Of a stretch of DNA of 30,657 bases, positions 19,149 through 28,149 are shown piece after piece. The stretch is taken from IMG/VR virus record IMGVR_UViG_3300021091_000278, positions 1 through 30,657 of that record; one strand, written 5' to 3'. Source of the DNA: a virus (Duplodnaviria; Caudoviricetes). The position numbers and the translations under genes were made by a program. Every line of letters begins with the position of its first letter. The stretch's first letter is position 1. Under the pieces are notes generated by a model. The model saw nothing but the letters and a program-made list of their open reading frames with translations. It ran no database searches and was not told the origin of the DNA.

Positions 19149-21071
19149 TGGCTAAAGTCAGAAGAAAAATAGAAAATTTAAAACCACGGAAAAAATTACA
19201 TATTAACAGCTAGAGTAAAAGACTCAGATTTAAATATAAATTCTGTTCCATCGCAGGCAATAATATTTTCTGTTCCAACAGATCAAACAATTCCAGGTTA
19301 TCCATTAAACCTTGCTCTCTATGCATCATTTGAAAAAGTGATGTTTGTTTTTGACAATGTATCAGACAAAGACGCAAAATTATATAGTTACGAACTCTAT
19401 GAGGCCAACCAAGTCTCTGGGTCTTATCCAAATATTTCTCCGATAACAAACGCAACTATATATTCTTCTGGAACATCTGGATCAAGCGTATTTACGGTAG
19501 CAGTAGAAAATAGCAATGATTCAACAACAAGAAGATACTATGGAAGAATAAGAACAATAGATTCTAGCAATAACCCAAGTAGCTGGTCTCCAATAGTTCA
19601 AAGCAATCAAGAAAATCCTCTTATATCAAATCAATATATAGCAAGCATAACCGCCGCAAAAATAACAGCTGGAACAATTGGGGCCCATGAAATAGTTTTG
19701 ACACAAGCAGGTGCCGCAACCGCATACTCTGCTCCAGCTAATACGGCAGTTATAAGATCTTCCAACTACTCAGAAAACACCACCGGATGGCTGATAAGAG
19801 GAGACGGCTATGCCGAATTTGATCAAGCTGCAATACGAGGATCAGTAAGAGCAGGTGCAGTATTTATAGATGAGCACAATAGATGGAAGGCAGACATAAC
19901 TGGAACTGTTATATCAACTGCAGAATTTAAAGCAGGAAATGCTACCAAGTATATTTATTGGGATGGAACAAATTTAACTTTTACAGGAAATCTTTCAGCG
20001 GCTGGAGGCACTTTTAGTGGAGAGTTAAGTGGTGGAACTATTTCTATTGGTTCTGGTAACTCTATATTTAAAGCTGATTCAAACGGAATTTATTTAGGTA
20101 ATAGCACATTTTCAAGTGCGCCATTTAGGGTAACGCCTCAAGGTGGTTTAGTGGCAAGCAACGCAAACATCACGGGAACTATCAATGCAACATCTGGGAC
20201 TATATCTGGAAACTTAATAACTGGTGGAACAATTTCCGGTACTGCAATTAATATCAATAGTGGGGTATTTCAGGTAACAAGTGCCGGCGTATTAACCGCA
20301 ACAAGTGTAAATATTACGGGTACAATAAATGCAACCTCTGGTAGCATATCAGGTAATTTAATTACCGGTGGAACACTATCATCAACAAATATTAGCGGTG
20401 TTAATATTACTGGAACAAACATTAGTGGCTCTTCAATTACTGGAACAAACATTAGTGGCTCTTCACTTTCTATTGGAGGGCGAATTTTACTGCCAATAGA
20501 TGGAGGTCAAATTTTACTTGGTACAGAGTCTGGCGGTTCTGTAACCCAATGTTTTATACTTGCGGGAGGCTCACAAGGGCTTCGTATTGACACCAACGGC
20601 AACGGTTCAATGTGGATAGTTGGACAATCTTTGTATCCAAATAGCACTCAATTTACTTCTGACAGATCAATTGTCGGCCTTACTACTGGCACAAGCTCTG
20701 GAACAACATTGGTTGTAAGCGGTGGACAAGTTAATCGCCTCTCGTCTAAGCGAGAACTAAAAGAAAATATCCAGGACTTCAGTGATGTTGCGTTAATTGA
20801 CGAACTCCGCCCAAGGCTTTTTACGTGGAAGGTAAGTCCGTCGCAGTTTACTGAAGAGACAGAAGAGCAACGCTTGCGACGCGAGTCATCTTTTCACGTT
20901 GGATTCATCGCTGAAGAGGTTGAAGAGGCAAGCGACGGGCTTCTTTCTATATATAATTATGAAGAAAATGGCGAGGGCGAAGTGGAAATGTACAAATATT
21001 TGGATATACTTGCTTTAGCTGTTGCAAACATTCAAGATCTTCGTAAAAGAATATTAGAATTAGAAAAATAA
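19148..21071 (+). CDS. Tail spike/fibre with FN3-like N-terminus and C-terminal peptidase S74 chaperone, 640 aa after a +1 shift at CGGA 19187-19190
   Basis: TAATG coupling. MAKVRRKIENLKP-(C)GGA-KNYILTARVK restores an FN3-type L.PG..Y motif. S74 motifs SSKRELKENI and GFIAEEV. Confidence 0.8.
19187..19190 (+). other. Putative +1 recoding site, CCA CGG A
   Basis: The shift is bounded by the +1-frame TAA at 19179 and the 0-frame TAG at 19211. Confidence 0.75.
20166..20375 (+). repeat. Internal protein repeat NITGTINATSG(T/S)ISGNLITGGT x2, 48-aa spacing
   Basis: Copies at 20166-20231 and 20310-20375; nearly identical peptide with diverged codons. Confidence 0.85.
20406..20465 (+). repeat. Perfect 30-bp tandem duplication (ITGTNISGSS x2)
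   Basis: ATTACTGGAACAAACATTAGTGGCTCTTCA occurs twice in tandem. Confidence 0.95.
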
Positions 21072-21084
21072 TATTATACTAGAA

Positions 21085-21115
21085 TTGACAAAACTATTGA
21101 AAGATAGTATATAAT
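21085..21115 (+). promoter_or_regulatory. Sigma70-type promoter, probably leaderless
   Basis: TTGACA at 21085 and TATAAT at 21110-21115 (19-nt spacer), then 6 nt and ATG 21122 with no SD. Confidence 0.55.
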
Positions 21116-21121
21116 ATACTT

Positions 21122-21370
21122 ATGTCGAAAATGTTTAACAAAAAAGATAAACAAGATTTAATGTTTGAGCAACAAACAGTAGAGGAAAAACAATTAATGC
21201 AAGTATCAGAAACTTCTGATTCACAGAAAAATAACGATTCTAATTTAGATATTAATTTAATAATAGCATCTTTTCAAGAAAAACTATCTCAATTAATGAC
21301 TGAGGTAGTAATAAAAGATGCTACAATAAAGCAATTAACAGCAATAATAGAAAAACAAAAAGGACATTAA
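21122..21370 (+). CDS. Hypothetical coiled-coil protein
   Basis: ORF with a heptad-like C-terminus. Confidence 0.7.
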   Translation: MSKMFNKKDKQDLMFEQQTVEEKQLMQVSETSDSQKNNDSNLDINLIIASFQEKLSQLMTEVVIKDATIKQLTAIIEKQKGH

Positions 21371-21371
21371 G

Positions 21372-21575
21372 ATGAGTGAAAATAATGAGGTAACAACAGA
21401 GGCAAGTGAAAGCAAGCCAGTAAAAACTGAGTTCGTAGTTGAAATTAAGATTAGTGATAAGAATCTTTCGTATCGTTCTGACTTTTCTGAGGCTGAAACG
21501 ATTTTTTGGCTTGAATCAGTTAAGGGACTTATTATTAAGAATACCTTTGACAAAGCCGGCATCTCACAAAACTAA
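21372..21575 (+). CDS. Hypothetical protein
   Basis: AAGGA SD, coupled to the upstream stop. Confidence 0.7.
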   Translation: MSENNEVTTEASESKPVKTEFVVEIKISDKNLSYRSDFSEAETIFWLESVKGLIIKNTFDKAGISQN

Positions 21576-21631
21576 GTTATAAAAACTATTAAAATTAGTA
21601 CTATTTTAATTAGTTTTTATAGGAGACAATA

Positions 21632-23323
21632 ATGGCTTTAAAAGATTATATACCCTTTCGCCAAATAGAGGGTTTTTCTAACTCTGACTTTGTAGCTAGA
21701 ACTATAGAGCCAGAAGATGTAAAAACAATTTCAAAGGCGATGAAAGTCGCTGCACTAGCGCTTGGTTATAGGGGTTCAACATATTGGTACAACACTAGAA
21801 GTACCTTTGAGCCGTCTCCATATGACTTTGAAAGAATAATGCAGGCTGTTGATACAGATTCGTATGTTAAGCAGGCTATAAATAAATACAAAGAACTTTT
21901 TTGGAAAGAGGGCTGGCAAATTGTCGGAGAAAATCTAGAAACAGTTTCGTATTTATATCAAAGAATAGATTTTATGGAGATGGCTATGAAAAGACCATTT
22001 TCAGATTTTTTGTTGGAAGTTTCAGATCAATTATTTAAATATGGAAATGTTTTTATTGTAAAAGCACGCGCCGATATATCAGAATACTTCCCAACAAAAT
22101 TAAATCCAGTATCTGGGACTGAGCCAATTGTTGGTTATTATCTTATACCTACTGAACAAGTAAGAATAATGAGGGATAAACATAATAGACCAAAGCTCTA
22201 TGAGCAGATGACAGATCCTTTAACATATTCTCCTGTAAACAAGAATCCAGTTTGGTCAGCAGATCGAGTTATACATATAACTCTTGACAGAAAAACCGGA
22301 AGAGCTTTTGGAACTCCATTTCTTGCGGCAGTTTTGGATGATGTTGTTGCTCTTAGACAAATAGAAGAAGACATTCAAAATTTAGTTCACAGAGAATTAT
22401 TTCCACTTTATAAATATAGAATTGGGACTCCAGAGCAACCAGCTGAGCCAGATGAAATTGATAGAGCAGCAGCAGAAATAGAAAATCTAAGATCAGAAGG
22501 TGGACTAATTTTACCTCATAGGCACGATATAGAAATTGTTGGCTCCGGTAAAGAAACCCTAGATGCGTCAAATTATCTTGAACACTTTAAGGAAAGAGTG
22601 GCCGTAGGTCTTGGGTTGGCTCCGCATCATCTTGGAATGATGATGAACGGAGGCAATAGATCTGTAACGGACAGAATAGACGTTGCTTTATATGATAAAA
22701 TAAAACAATATCAAAAACAGTTTGCTGAAATGATTAGACTTCATATATTTAATGAGCTTTTGTTTGAAGCTGGTTTTGATCCAATAGTTAATCCAGCTGA
22801 AGAGAATGTATCAGACAGATGTTTCTTTAAATTTAAAGAAATTGATGTTGACACTCAAGTTAAAAAAGAAACACACATCATGCAAAAATATGCAAACTCA
22901 TTAATTAGTTTAGACGAAGCAAGAATAGAGCTTGGTTTAGATCCAGATGTTGATGAAGAAAATTTGTTTCCATCAATACAAGGTAGAGTCCAAATTGATA
23001 TAGCTCAAGCTCAAGCTCAAATGGCAGGACAAAATACTTTAACTAAAGCTACTAATCTCAAGAAAGATGGGGATAAACAAGCGTCTGCTCCTAAAGGTCA
23101 AAGAAATCTTCCTTCGAATAGAAGAGGAACTGGTAATTCAGTAAGACCAGCAAATCAAAATGGAAGAAATAATTCTCCAAATATTAGAAGATCTGATATG
23201 TCTTGGTTATCTGCAATTGAAAATGCGCTAGAAAAAGACTATAATGTAGTGTATACTAATGAAGACCAAAATCCAATTGAAAACTTAATTAAGGAAAAAA
23301 ACACCAATGAGCTTAATAATTAA
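21632..23323 (+). CDS. Portal protein
   Basis: AGGAG SD. YGNVFIVK, VIHI...GRAFGTP, LGLAPHHLG and ISLDEARIELGL are portal-family patterns; located before the protease and capsid genes. Confidence 0.88.
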   Translation: MALKDYIPFRQIEGFSNSDFVARTIEPEDVKTISKAMKVAALALGYRGSTYWYNTRSTFEPSPYDFERIMQAVDTDSYVKQAINKYKELFWKEGWQIVGENLETVSYLYQRIDFMEMAMKRPFSDFLLEVSDQLFKYGNVFIVKARADISEYFPTKLNPVSGTEPIVGYYLIPTEQVRIMRDKHNRPKLYEQMTDPLTYSPVNKNPVWSADRVIHITLDRKTGRAFGTPFLAAVLDDVVALRQIEEDIQNLVHRELFPLYKYRIGTPEQPAEPDEIDRAAAEIENLRSEGGLILPHRHDIEIVGSGKETLDASNYLEHFKERVAVGLGLAPHHLGMMMNGGNRSVTDRIDVALYDKIKQYQKQFAEMIRLHIFNELLFEAGFDPIVNPAEENVSDRCFFKFKEIDVDTQVKKETHIMQKYANSLISLDEARIELGLDPDVDEENLFPSIQGRVQIDIAQAQAQMAGQNTLTKATNLKKDGDKQASAPKGQRNLPSNRRGTGNSVRPANQNGRNNSPNIRRSDMSWLSAIENALEKDYNVVYTNEDQNPIENLIKEKNTNELNN

Positions 23324-23612
23324 TTCTGAAATTTCAAAACAATTTCTTCTTGAAGAAGATGCAATTGAAGGTTTTAAAAAAGCTGTAGCAAATAACCAAA
23401 TAAGACTTGCATTACAGATTCTTGTTGAAATAGTCGATGCTTTTATGGAAGGCTTTGAGGTTTTGATGGAAGAACCAGAAGAAGAACAAGTACAAGAAGT
23501 AGTTCAAAATAAAGAACAAAAAATAGATTCACCAGCAGAACCTACATCTAAAAAAGAAGAAAAAGAACCCGCAAAACCAATAGCAAAAAAAGAAACAAAA
23601 ACAACTGAATAA
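23307..23612 (+). CDS. Hypothetical protein with charged C-terminal tail
   Basis: AAGGA SD-like sequence; overlaps the portal end. Confidence 0.7.
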   Translation: MSLIINSEISKQFLLEEDAIEGFKKAVANNQIRLALQILVEIVDAFMEGFEVLMEEPEEEQVQEVVQNKEQKIDSPAEPTSKKEEKEPAKPIAKKETKTTE

Positions 23613-23615
23613 AAA

Positions 23616-24395
23616 ATGAAACTTATTATAGGATGTCCAATCTATAAAAGAGATTGGATTTTGCCCCATTGGATTAGATGTATACTAAAACAATCATTAG
23701 ATATTTCTAATATTGGTTTTATTTTTGAGACAGCTCCTAACGATATTGCTACTACCAAAGCGCTCCACGCTTGGAAAAAAATTGATCCAAGAATTCCTTT
23801 GTTTATAATTAATGAAAGACAAGACATTAATCACTACGAGCATAAAAACAATGGAAGACAATGGACACTGTCTAAGTATCATAATATGATTTCTTTAAGA
23901 AATTCTATTCTTCAAACAGTTAGAAAGCATCAACCAGATTATTATCTAAGTTTAGATTCAGATATACTTTTGGAAAATCCTAATACAATAGAATTATTAA
24001 TAGCACATATTAAAGCAGGAGCTGATGCAGTTTCTCCACTTATGTATATGACTCCAATAGGCAAGCAATTTCCAAGTGTAATGAACTGGAAAGATAAAGT
24101 TGGTGAAACAGCATACAGAGAAAATTCATATCCACTTGGATCTTTTTTTCAATCAGATATAATAATGGCAGCAAAAATGATGTCTAAAGATGTTTATAAC
24201 AATGTAGACTATGCGTTTCATCAACAAGGAGAGGATTTAGGTTGGTCGGCCAATGCAACTAAAAATGGCTTTTCCCTATTCAGTGCTTCATATATTTATG
24301 CTCCTCACATTATGTCTCCAGTGCATTTAGAAGAGTATAAACGCAATGGCGATAAAAGAAGTTCTGAATCTTTAGAAAACCTACTAAAAGTGTGA
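23616..24395 (+). CDS. Glycosyltransferase, GT-A fold (GT2-like)
   Basis: IIGCPIYKR N-terminus, DYYLSLDSD (DxD motif) and GEDLGW. Confidence 0.8.
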   Translation: MKLIIGCPIYKRDWILPHWIRCILKQSLDISNIGFIFETAPNDIATTKALHAWKKIDPRIPLFIINERQDINHYEHKNNGRQWTLSKYHNMISLRNSILQTVRKHQPDYYLSLDSDILLENPNTIELLIAHIKAGADAVSPLMYMTPIGKQFPSVMNWKDKVGETAYRENSYPLGSFFQSDIIMAAKMMSKDVYNNVDYAFHQQGEDLGWSANATKNGFSLFSASYIYAPHIMSPVHLEEYKRNGDKRSSESLENLLKV

Positions 24396-24469
24396 TATAA
24401 TTGTATAAAATTGTTTAATGTTATAAAAACAAATTACTATACTTATAGTTCTTAAAAATGGAGATATAA

Positions 24470-26228
24470 ATGGCTTTTGATTTTGTTGAAACCTTTACGG
24501 TTCAACTTCCGGATTTTTCTGGTGTAGATTTTAATTTTTCTGAATCAGAAAATTTAAATAAAGGTTTGATAATTGAAATAGCTGCAATCCACGAACGGAT
24601 TAACAGCTAATTACAACAATTATTCAACTCAAGCATTAGAAAAAGCCCTGCAATCGTGGGTTGAGCCATATCCTAAGCCAATTATTCTTAATCATGATTT
24701 AAACTCTGAGCCAATTGGCAGAGTTATGGCAGCAAAGATGGATAAAGAAGAAGATGAATCTTCATTTGTTAGGCTGCAGGTTGCAATCACCGATCCTAGC
24801 GCAATACAAAAAGTCTTAGATAAAAGGTATTTAACTGGTTCAGTTGGCGGTAGAGCCGGTAAAGCAATATGCTCAATTACCGGAGAAGATTTAGCCGCAG
24901 AATCAGAAGACGGCAGACCAAAACTAGCTAAGTTTAAAAGAGGTCAAGTTTACAAGGGTAAATTGGCTTTTGTAGATATGCAAGATATATCTTTTAAAGA
25001 ATATTCTTTTGTTAATCAACCAGCAGATTCTAAGTCTGGCGTAAGAAAAGCTGGAAATAAAGATATAAAGGCTGAAAACTCATCAAATGACTGGGTAGCA
25101 AAAAGTTCAGCCTTTGTTTTAAGCATGAATGAAGAAGATATTTACTCGGTTGAAGAACACAAATCAATATTAAAAGGACTTAAATCTAAAGAATCAAAAC
25201 CTCTTTACATGCATTTAAAGGGGGCTTTTTTAACAGCTTATGCTATTCAAGAAAGCGAAGATTACAAATATACCAATGATTCATTACTATATGTTGAGAA
25301 TCATAAGAAAGATATTCTTGAGGAGAAATTAAACATGAATGATGAAGTCAAGAATGAAGATATATTGGCTACTGTTGAAGAACTTAGTCAAGATCTATCT
25401 CAAGCAACTTCTCCATCCTCGTCAGAGGAAGCACCCGACGCGGCGCAAAACAAAGAAGAAGCTGTACAAGCAGAAGTACCCGTTAAAGATGAGTCTAGTG
25501 AATCAAAAGAAAATGATAGCTCAGATTTAATAACAGCTTTGGATAACGCATTGAAAATTGCTAAAGAAAACAAAGATCAATCTTTGGTTGATATTCTTTC
25601 TGCAAAAATTAAAGATTTACAAAATGTAAAAGCACCTGCAGCTGATGCAACTTCAAATGAAACTGAAGAGGCAACAAAAGAAGATGCTAAAGGATCTGAA
25701 GAAGTTTTGGATTCAAAAGAAGAACAGGTCGATACTGTTGATTCTTCTGAAGCTACTGCTTCTAAAGAAAATGAGAAAACTGAAGAGTCAAAGACAGACC
25801 TCACTGGCACAGTAAAAGCCGATGAGCAAGCCTCTGAGCAAGATGTCGATGACAAAACAAAGAAGCTTCAGTCTCTCGAAGAAGAAAATCAGAAACTCAA
25901 GAATGCATTGCATAGAACTCTTGTTGAAAGAGTTGTAGACGCAAAAATTGCAAACGGATTAGAGTCATACGAAGCAAGAGAAGAATTAATAGCTGATCAT
26001 TCAAATAGAACAGCCTCTTCTTTAGCTGATTCTTTAAGAGATTTGGCAAGCATGCCTGTTGCAAAAGCAAAACATGCTAATATGCCAGAAATCAATTCTG
26101 AAATTGCTGTTGAAAATGAACAAAATGTTATATTTTCAGATAAGCAAGAAGAAGAAATTGAAGAAGTAAAAATCAACGCCGTTGAACAACTTTTCGTCGA
26201 TGCCTTCATGGGTCGTCGTAAACTCTAA
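24470..26228 (+). CDS. Prohead protease-scaffold fusion, 585 aa after a +1 shift at CGGA 24596-24599
   Basis: GGAG SD and ATG 24470. ...IEIAAIHE-(C)GGA-LTANYNNY...PIILNHD...PIGRV...GSVG...EYSFVNQPAD match HK97-type protease motifs; the C-terminal half is acidic coiled coil. Confidence 0.85.
24596..24599 (+). other. Putative +1 recoding site, GAA CGG A
   Basis: The shift is bounded by the +1-frame TAG at 24579 and the 0-frame TAA at 24608. Confidence 0.8.
25335..26228 (+). CDS. Nested in-frame scaffolding protein (internal start)
   Basis: GAGGAG SD before the in-frame ATG 25335 (MNDEVKNED); the product is acidic and coiled-coil rich. Confidence 0.65.
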   Translation: MNDEVKNEDILATVEELSQDLSQATSPSSSEEAPDAAQNKEEAVQAEVPVKDESSESKENDSSDLITALDNALKIAKENKDQSLVDILSAKIKDLQNVKAPAADATSNETEEATKEDAKGSEEVLDSKEEQVDTVDSSEATASKENEKTEESKTDLTGTVKADEQASEQDVDDKTKKLQSLEEENQKLKNALHRTLVERVVDAKIANGLESYEAREELIADHSNRTASSLADSLRDLASMPVAKAKHANMPEINSEIAVENEQNVIFSDKQEEEIEEVKINAVEQLFVDAFMGRRKL

Positions 26229-26251
26229 TCACAACTTTAAGGAGATATTAA

Positions 26252-27019
26252 ATGTCATTAGCTAAATTTCGTAAAGTTGGCACCAAAACAGGTGCTGGTC
26301 GTTTTGTAGTTTCTCCTGGTATTGCACCAGCAGCCTACTTACTTCCATCAGCAGGATTGCCAACATGGTATTTGGATTCAGAAGATGATCGTTTTGAAAT
26401 TGTAATCTGCAAAGGTACAATTCTTTCGGTCGTAGCAGATGCTAACGGTGATGCAAGAATAGTTCCTGCAAACGGAACTTCCGGCGCCGTGACTTGGGGC
26501 GATACAATGCCCTCAACTTGGGATCCGCTAAATGGTGCAACACCATCGTATAGCTCAGGTGCGACAGACACAGTCTCAGTTCCAGCTTACTCGGTACCAA
26601 TCGGTTGTGCACAGTACGACCTCTATCGTCCATTCGATAAGGGTACTTCGCAAGGCGCAGGATTCATTACTCATGGATACGTTGAGTACCCAATGGTCAG
26701 CCTCGTCAATGACGATGTAACTGTTGGTTCATTAATTAAGGCAGACCACATGGGCCGTCCAGTAGCGATTGCTTCAACAGCAGCCGCTGCAGGTACATAC
26801 CCATGGACAGTGGTAGGTAAGGTAATTGAGGTTGAGAAGTTTGAAAAAAACTTTGATGACGGCCTCCTTTCCTACATGCAGCTGCCGTCAGATCCAGGTG
26901 CCCTGAAGACCGTATACGAGCTTACACGCTCGGGTGCATACTCAGGTAAGTTGGGTATACGTTCTAATCTGGACGTTAATAATGTGATTGGTGCATTCCG
27001 CGTCAATCTAACACTTTAG
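26252..27019 (+). CDS. Putative capsid decoration/cement protein
   Basis: AAGGAG SD, located between scaffold and major capsid genes; VGSLIKAD..G and VVGKVI patterns. Confidence 0.65.
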   Translation: MSLAKFRKVGTKTGAGRFVVSPGIAPAAYLLPSAGLPTWYLDSEDDRFEIVICKGTILSVVADANGDARIVPANGTSGAVTWGDTMPSTWDPLNGATPSYSSGATDTVSVPAYSVPIGCAQYDLYRPFDKGTSQGAGFITHGYVEYPMVSLVNDDVTVGSLIKADHMGRPVAIASTAAAAGTYPWTVVGKVIEVEKFEKNFDDGLLSYMQLPSDPGALKTVYELTRSGAYSGKLGIRSNLDVNNVIGAFRVNLTL

Positions 27020-27046
27020 AAAATAAACAGGAGGAATATTCCTAAG

Positions 27047-28108
27047 ATGAGTAAGACAATCCAAGAGCTCCTCTCGGGTCTCCCAGCTTGGGAGAACGCT
27101 TTGACCGAGGACGGGCACATAGACGAAAATAATAGAGTAACTATTAAGGAAGCATTCGCATCACCCGATGCAGCAATACTTTTCCCAAAGGTTATTTCAC
27201 GCACACTTAAAGAGGCAGCAGAGCCACAACTTCTTGTGACTCCACTTCTCTCGACAGTACGCCTAGGTAAAGGTCGTTCACTCGAGTTCCCAGCAGTCAA
27301 TGCCATTCAAGCAGCAGAGATTCCTGAAGGCCAAGAGTACCCAGAGCAAGCGCTCGCCTTTGCAAAGCAGATTGAAGGCAAAGTATCCAAGAAGGGCGTT
27401 AAGCTCTCCTTTACAGAAGAAGTCATTTCAGACTCACTCTGGGATATCGTAGGTCTTCACGTCCGCGCTGCAGGTAGAGCAATGGCTCGTTTGAAGGAGC
27501 AAATTGCCCTTCAGCGCTTCAAAGACGCTGCAACAATTGTGTTTGATAATGATAGCGGTAGCTATGATGACACAACTGGCCGTGGCATCTCTGGTGCGGC
27601 AAACCTTACTCTTCACTGGGATGATGTTATAGATATGGCGGCTGTTTTGATGGCCGAAAACCATGTCCCAACAGACTTCATTCTTCATCCGCTTATGTGG
27701 TCGGTGTTCCTTAAGGACGCCATTTTCCACACTGGTGGATCGGCGGCTGCAGTTAACACAAGTTGGGGTTATCGTCCAGAATCAAAGGATGGTGCGCTTA
27801 ATGCCACAGCTCCGATGGGCTTGAATGTAATCGTTTCTCCGTTCGTCAGCTTCACGGCCAAGAGCGCTGGAACACCAGCCAAGTCGGACATCTTCTTGAT
27901 TGATCGCAACGAAGTTGGATCACTTCTTGTTAAGGATGACATGAGCACAGATCAGTTCGCTGATCCAAGCCGCGACATTCGCTCCATGAAGATGAAAGAG
28001 CGTTACGACATTGTAATGCTTGGCGATGGTGAAGGAATTACGGTAGCTAAGAACGTTAGACTTGCTCGCAACTACGAAGTCAGCGTTACAAATCAAGTAA
28101 CACTGTAA
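27047..28108 (+). CDS. Major capsid protein (HK97 fold)
   Basis: AGGAGG SD, 353 aa, EIPEGQEYPE, KKGVKLSFTEEVISD, FILHP and ERYDI; followed by a terminator. Confidence 0.9.
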   Translation: MSKTIQELLSGLPAWENALTEDGHIDENNRVTIKEAFASPDAAILFPKVISRTLKEAAEPQLLVTPLLSTVRLGKGRSLEFPAVNAIQAAEIPEGQEYPEQALAFAKQIEGKVSKKGVKLSFTEEVISDSLWDIVGLHVRAAGRAMARLKEQIALQRFKDAATIVFDNDSGSYDDTTGRGISGAANLTLHWDDVIDMAAVLMAENHVPTDFILHPLMWSVFLKDAIFHTGGSAAAVNTSWGYRPESKDGALNATAPMGLNVIVSPFVSFTAKSAGTPAKSDIFLIDRNEVGSLLVKDDMSTDQFADPSRDIRSMKMKERYDIVMLGDGEGITVAKNVRLARNYEVSVTNQVTL

Positions 28109-28149
28109 TATAATCCTTAGGGTTAGTTGTAGTTACATAACCTTAGAAG

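Noticed and set aside
23002-23020. GCTCAA x3 in the portal gene, and AAGGTCGGGCA x2 at 7845-7870
   Set aside because: Short low-complexity coding repeats with no evident function.
19149-24725. Introns or inteins at the gaps
   Set aside because: Removing one base restores continuous coding. There is no intervening sequence and no intein or homing-endonuclease motif.
24470-26228. Pseudogene interpretation of the split genes
   Set aside because: Each gene has a single lesion that fits the same motif, the functions are likely essential, and there is no other sign of decay.
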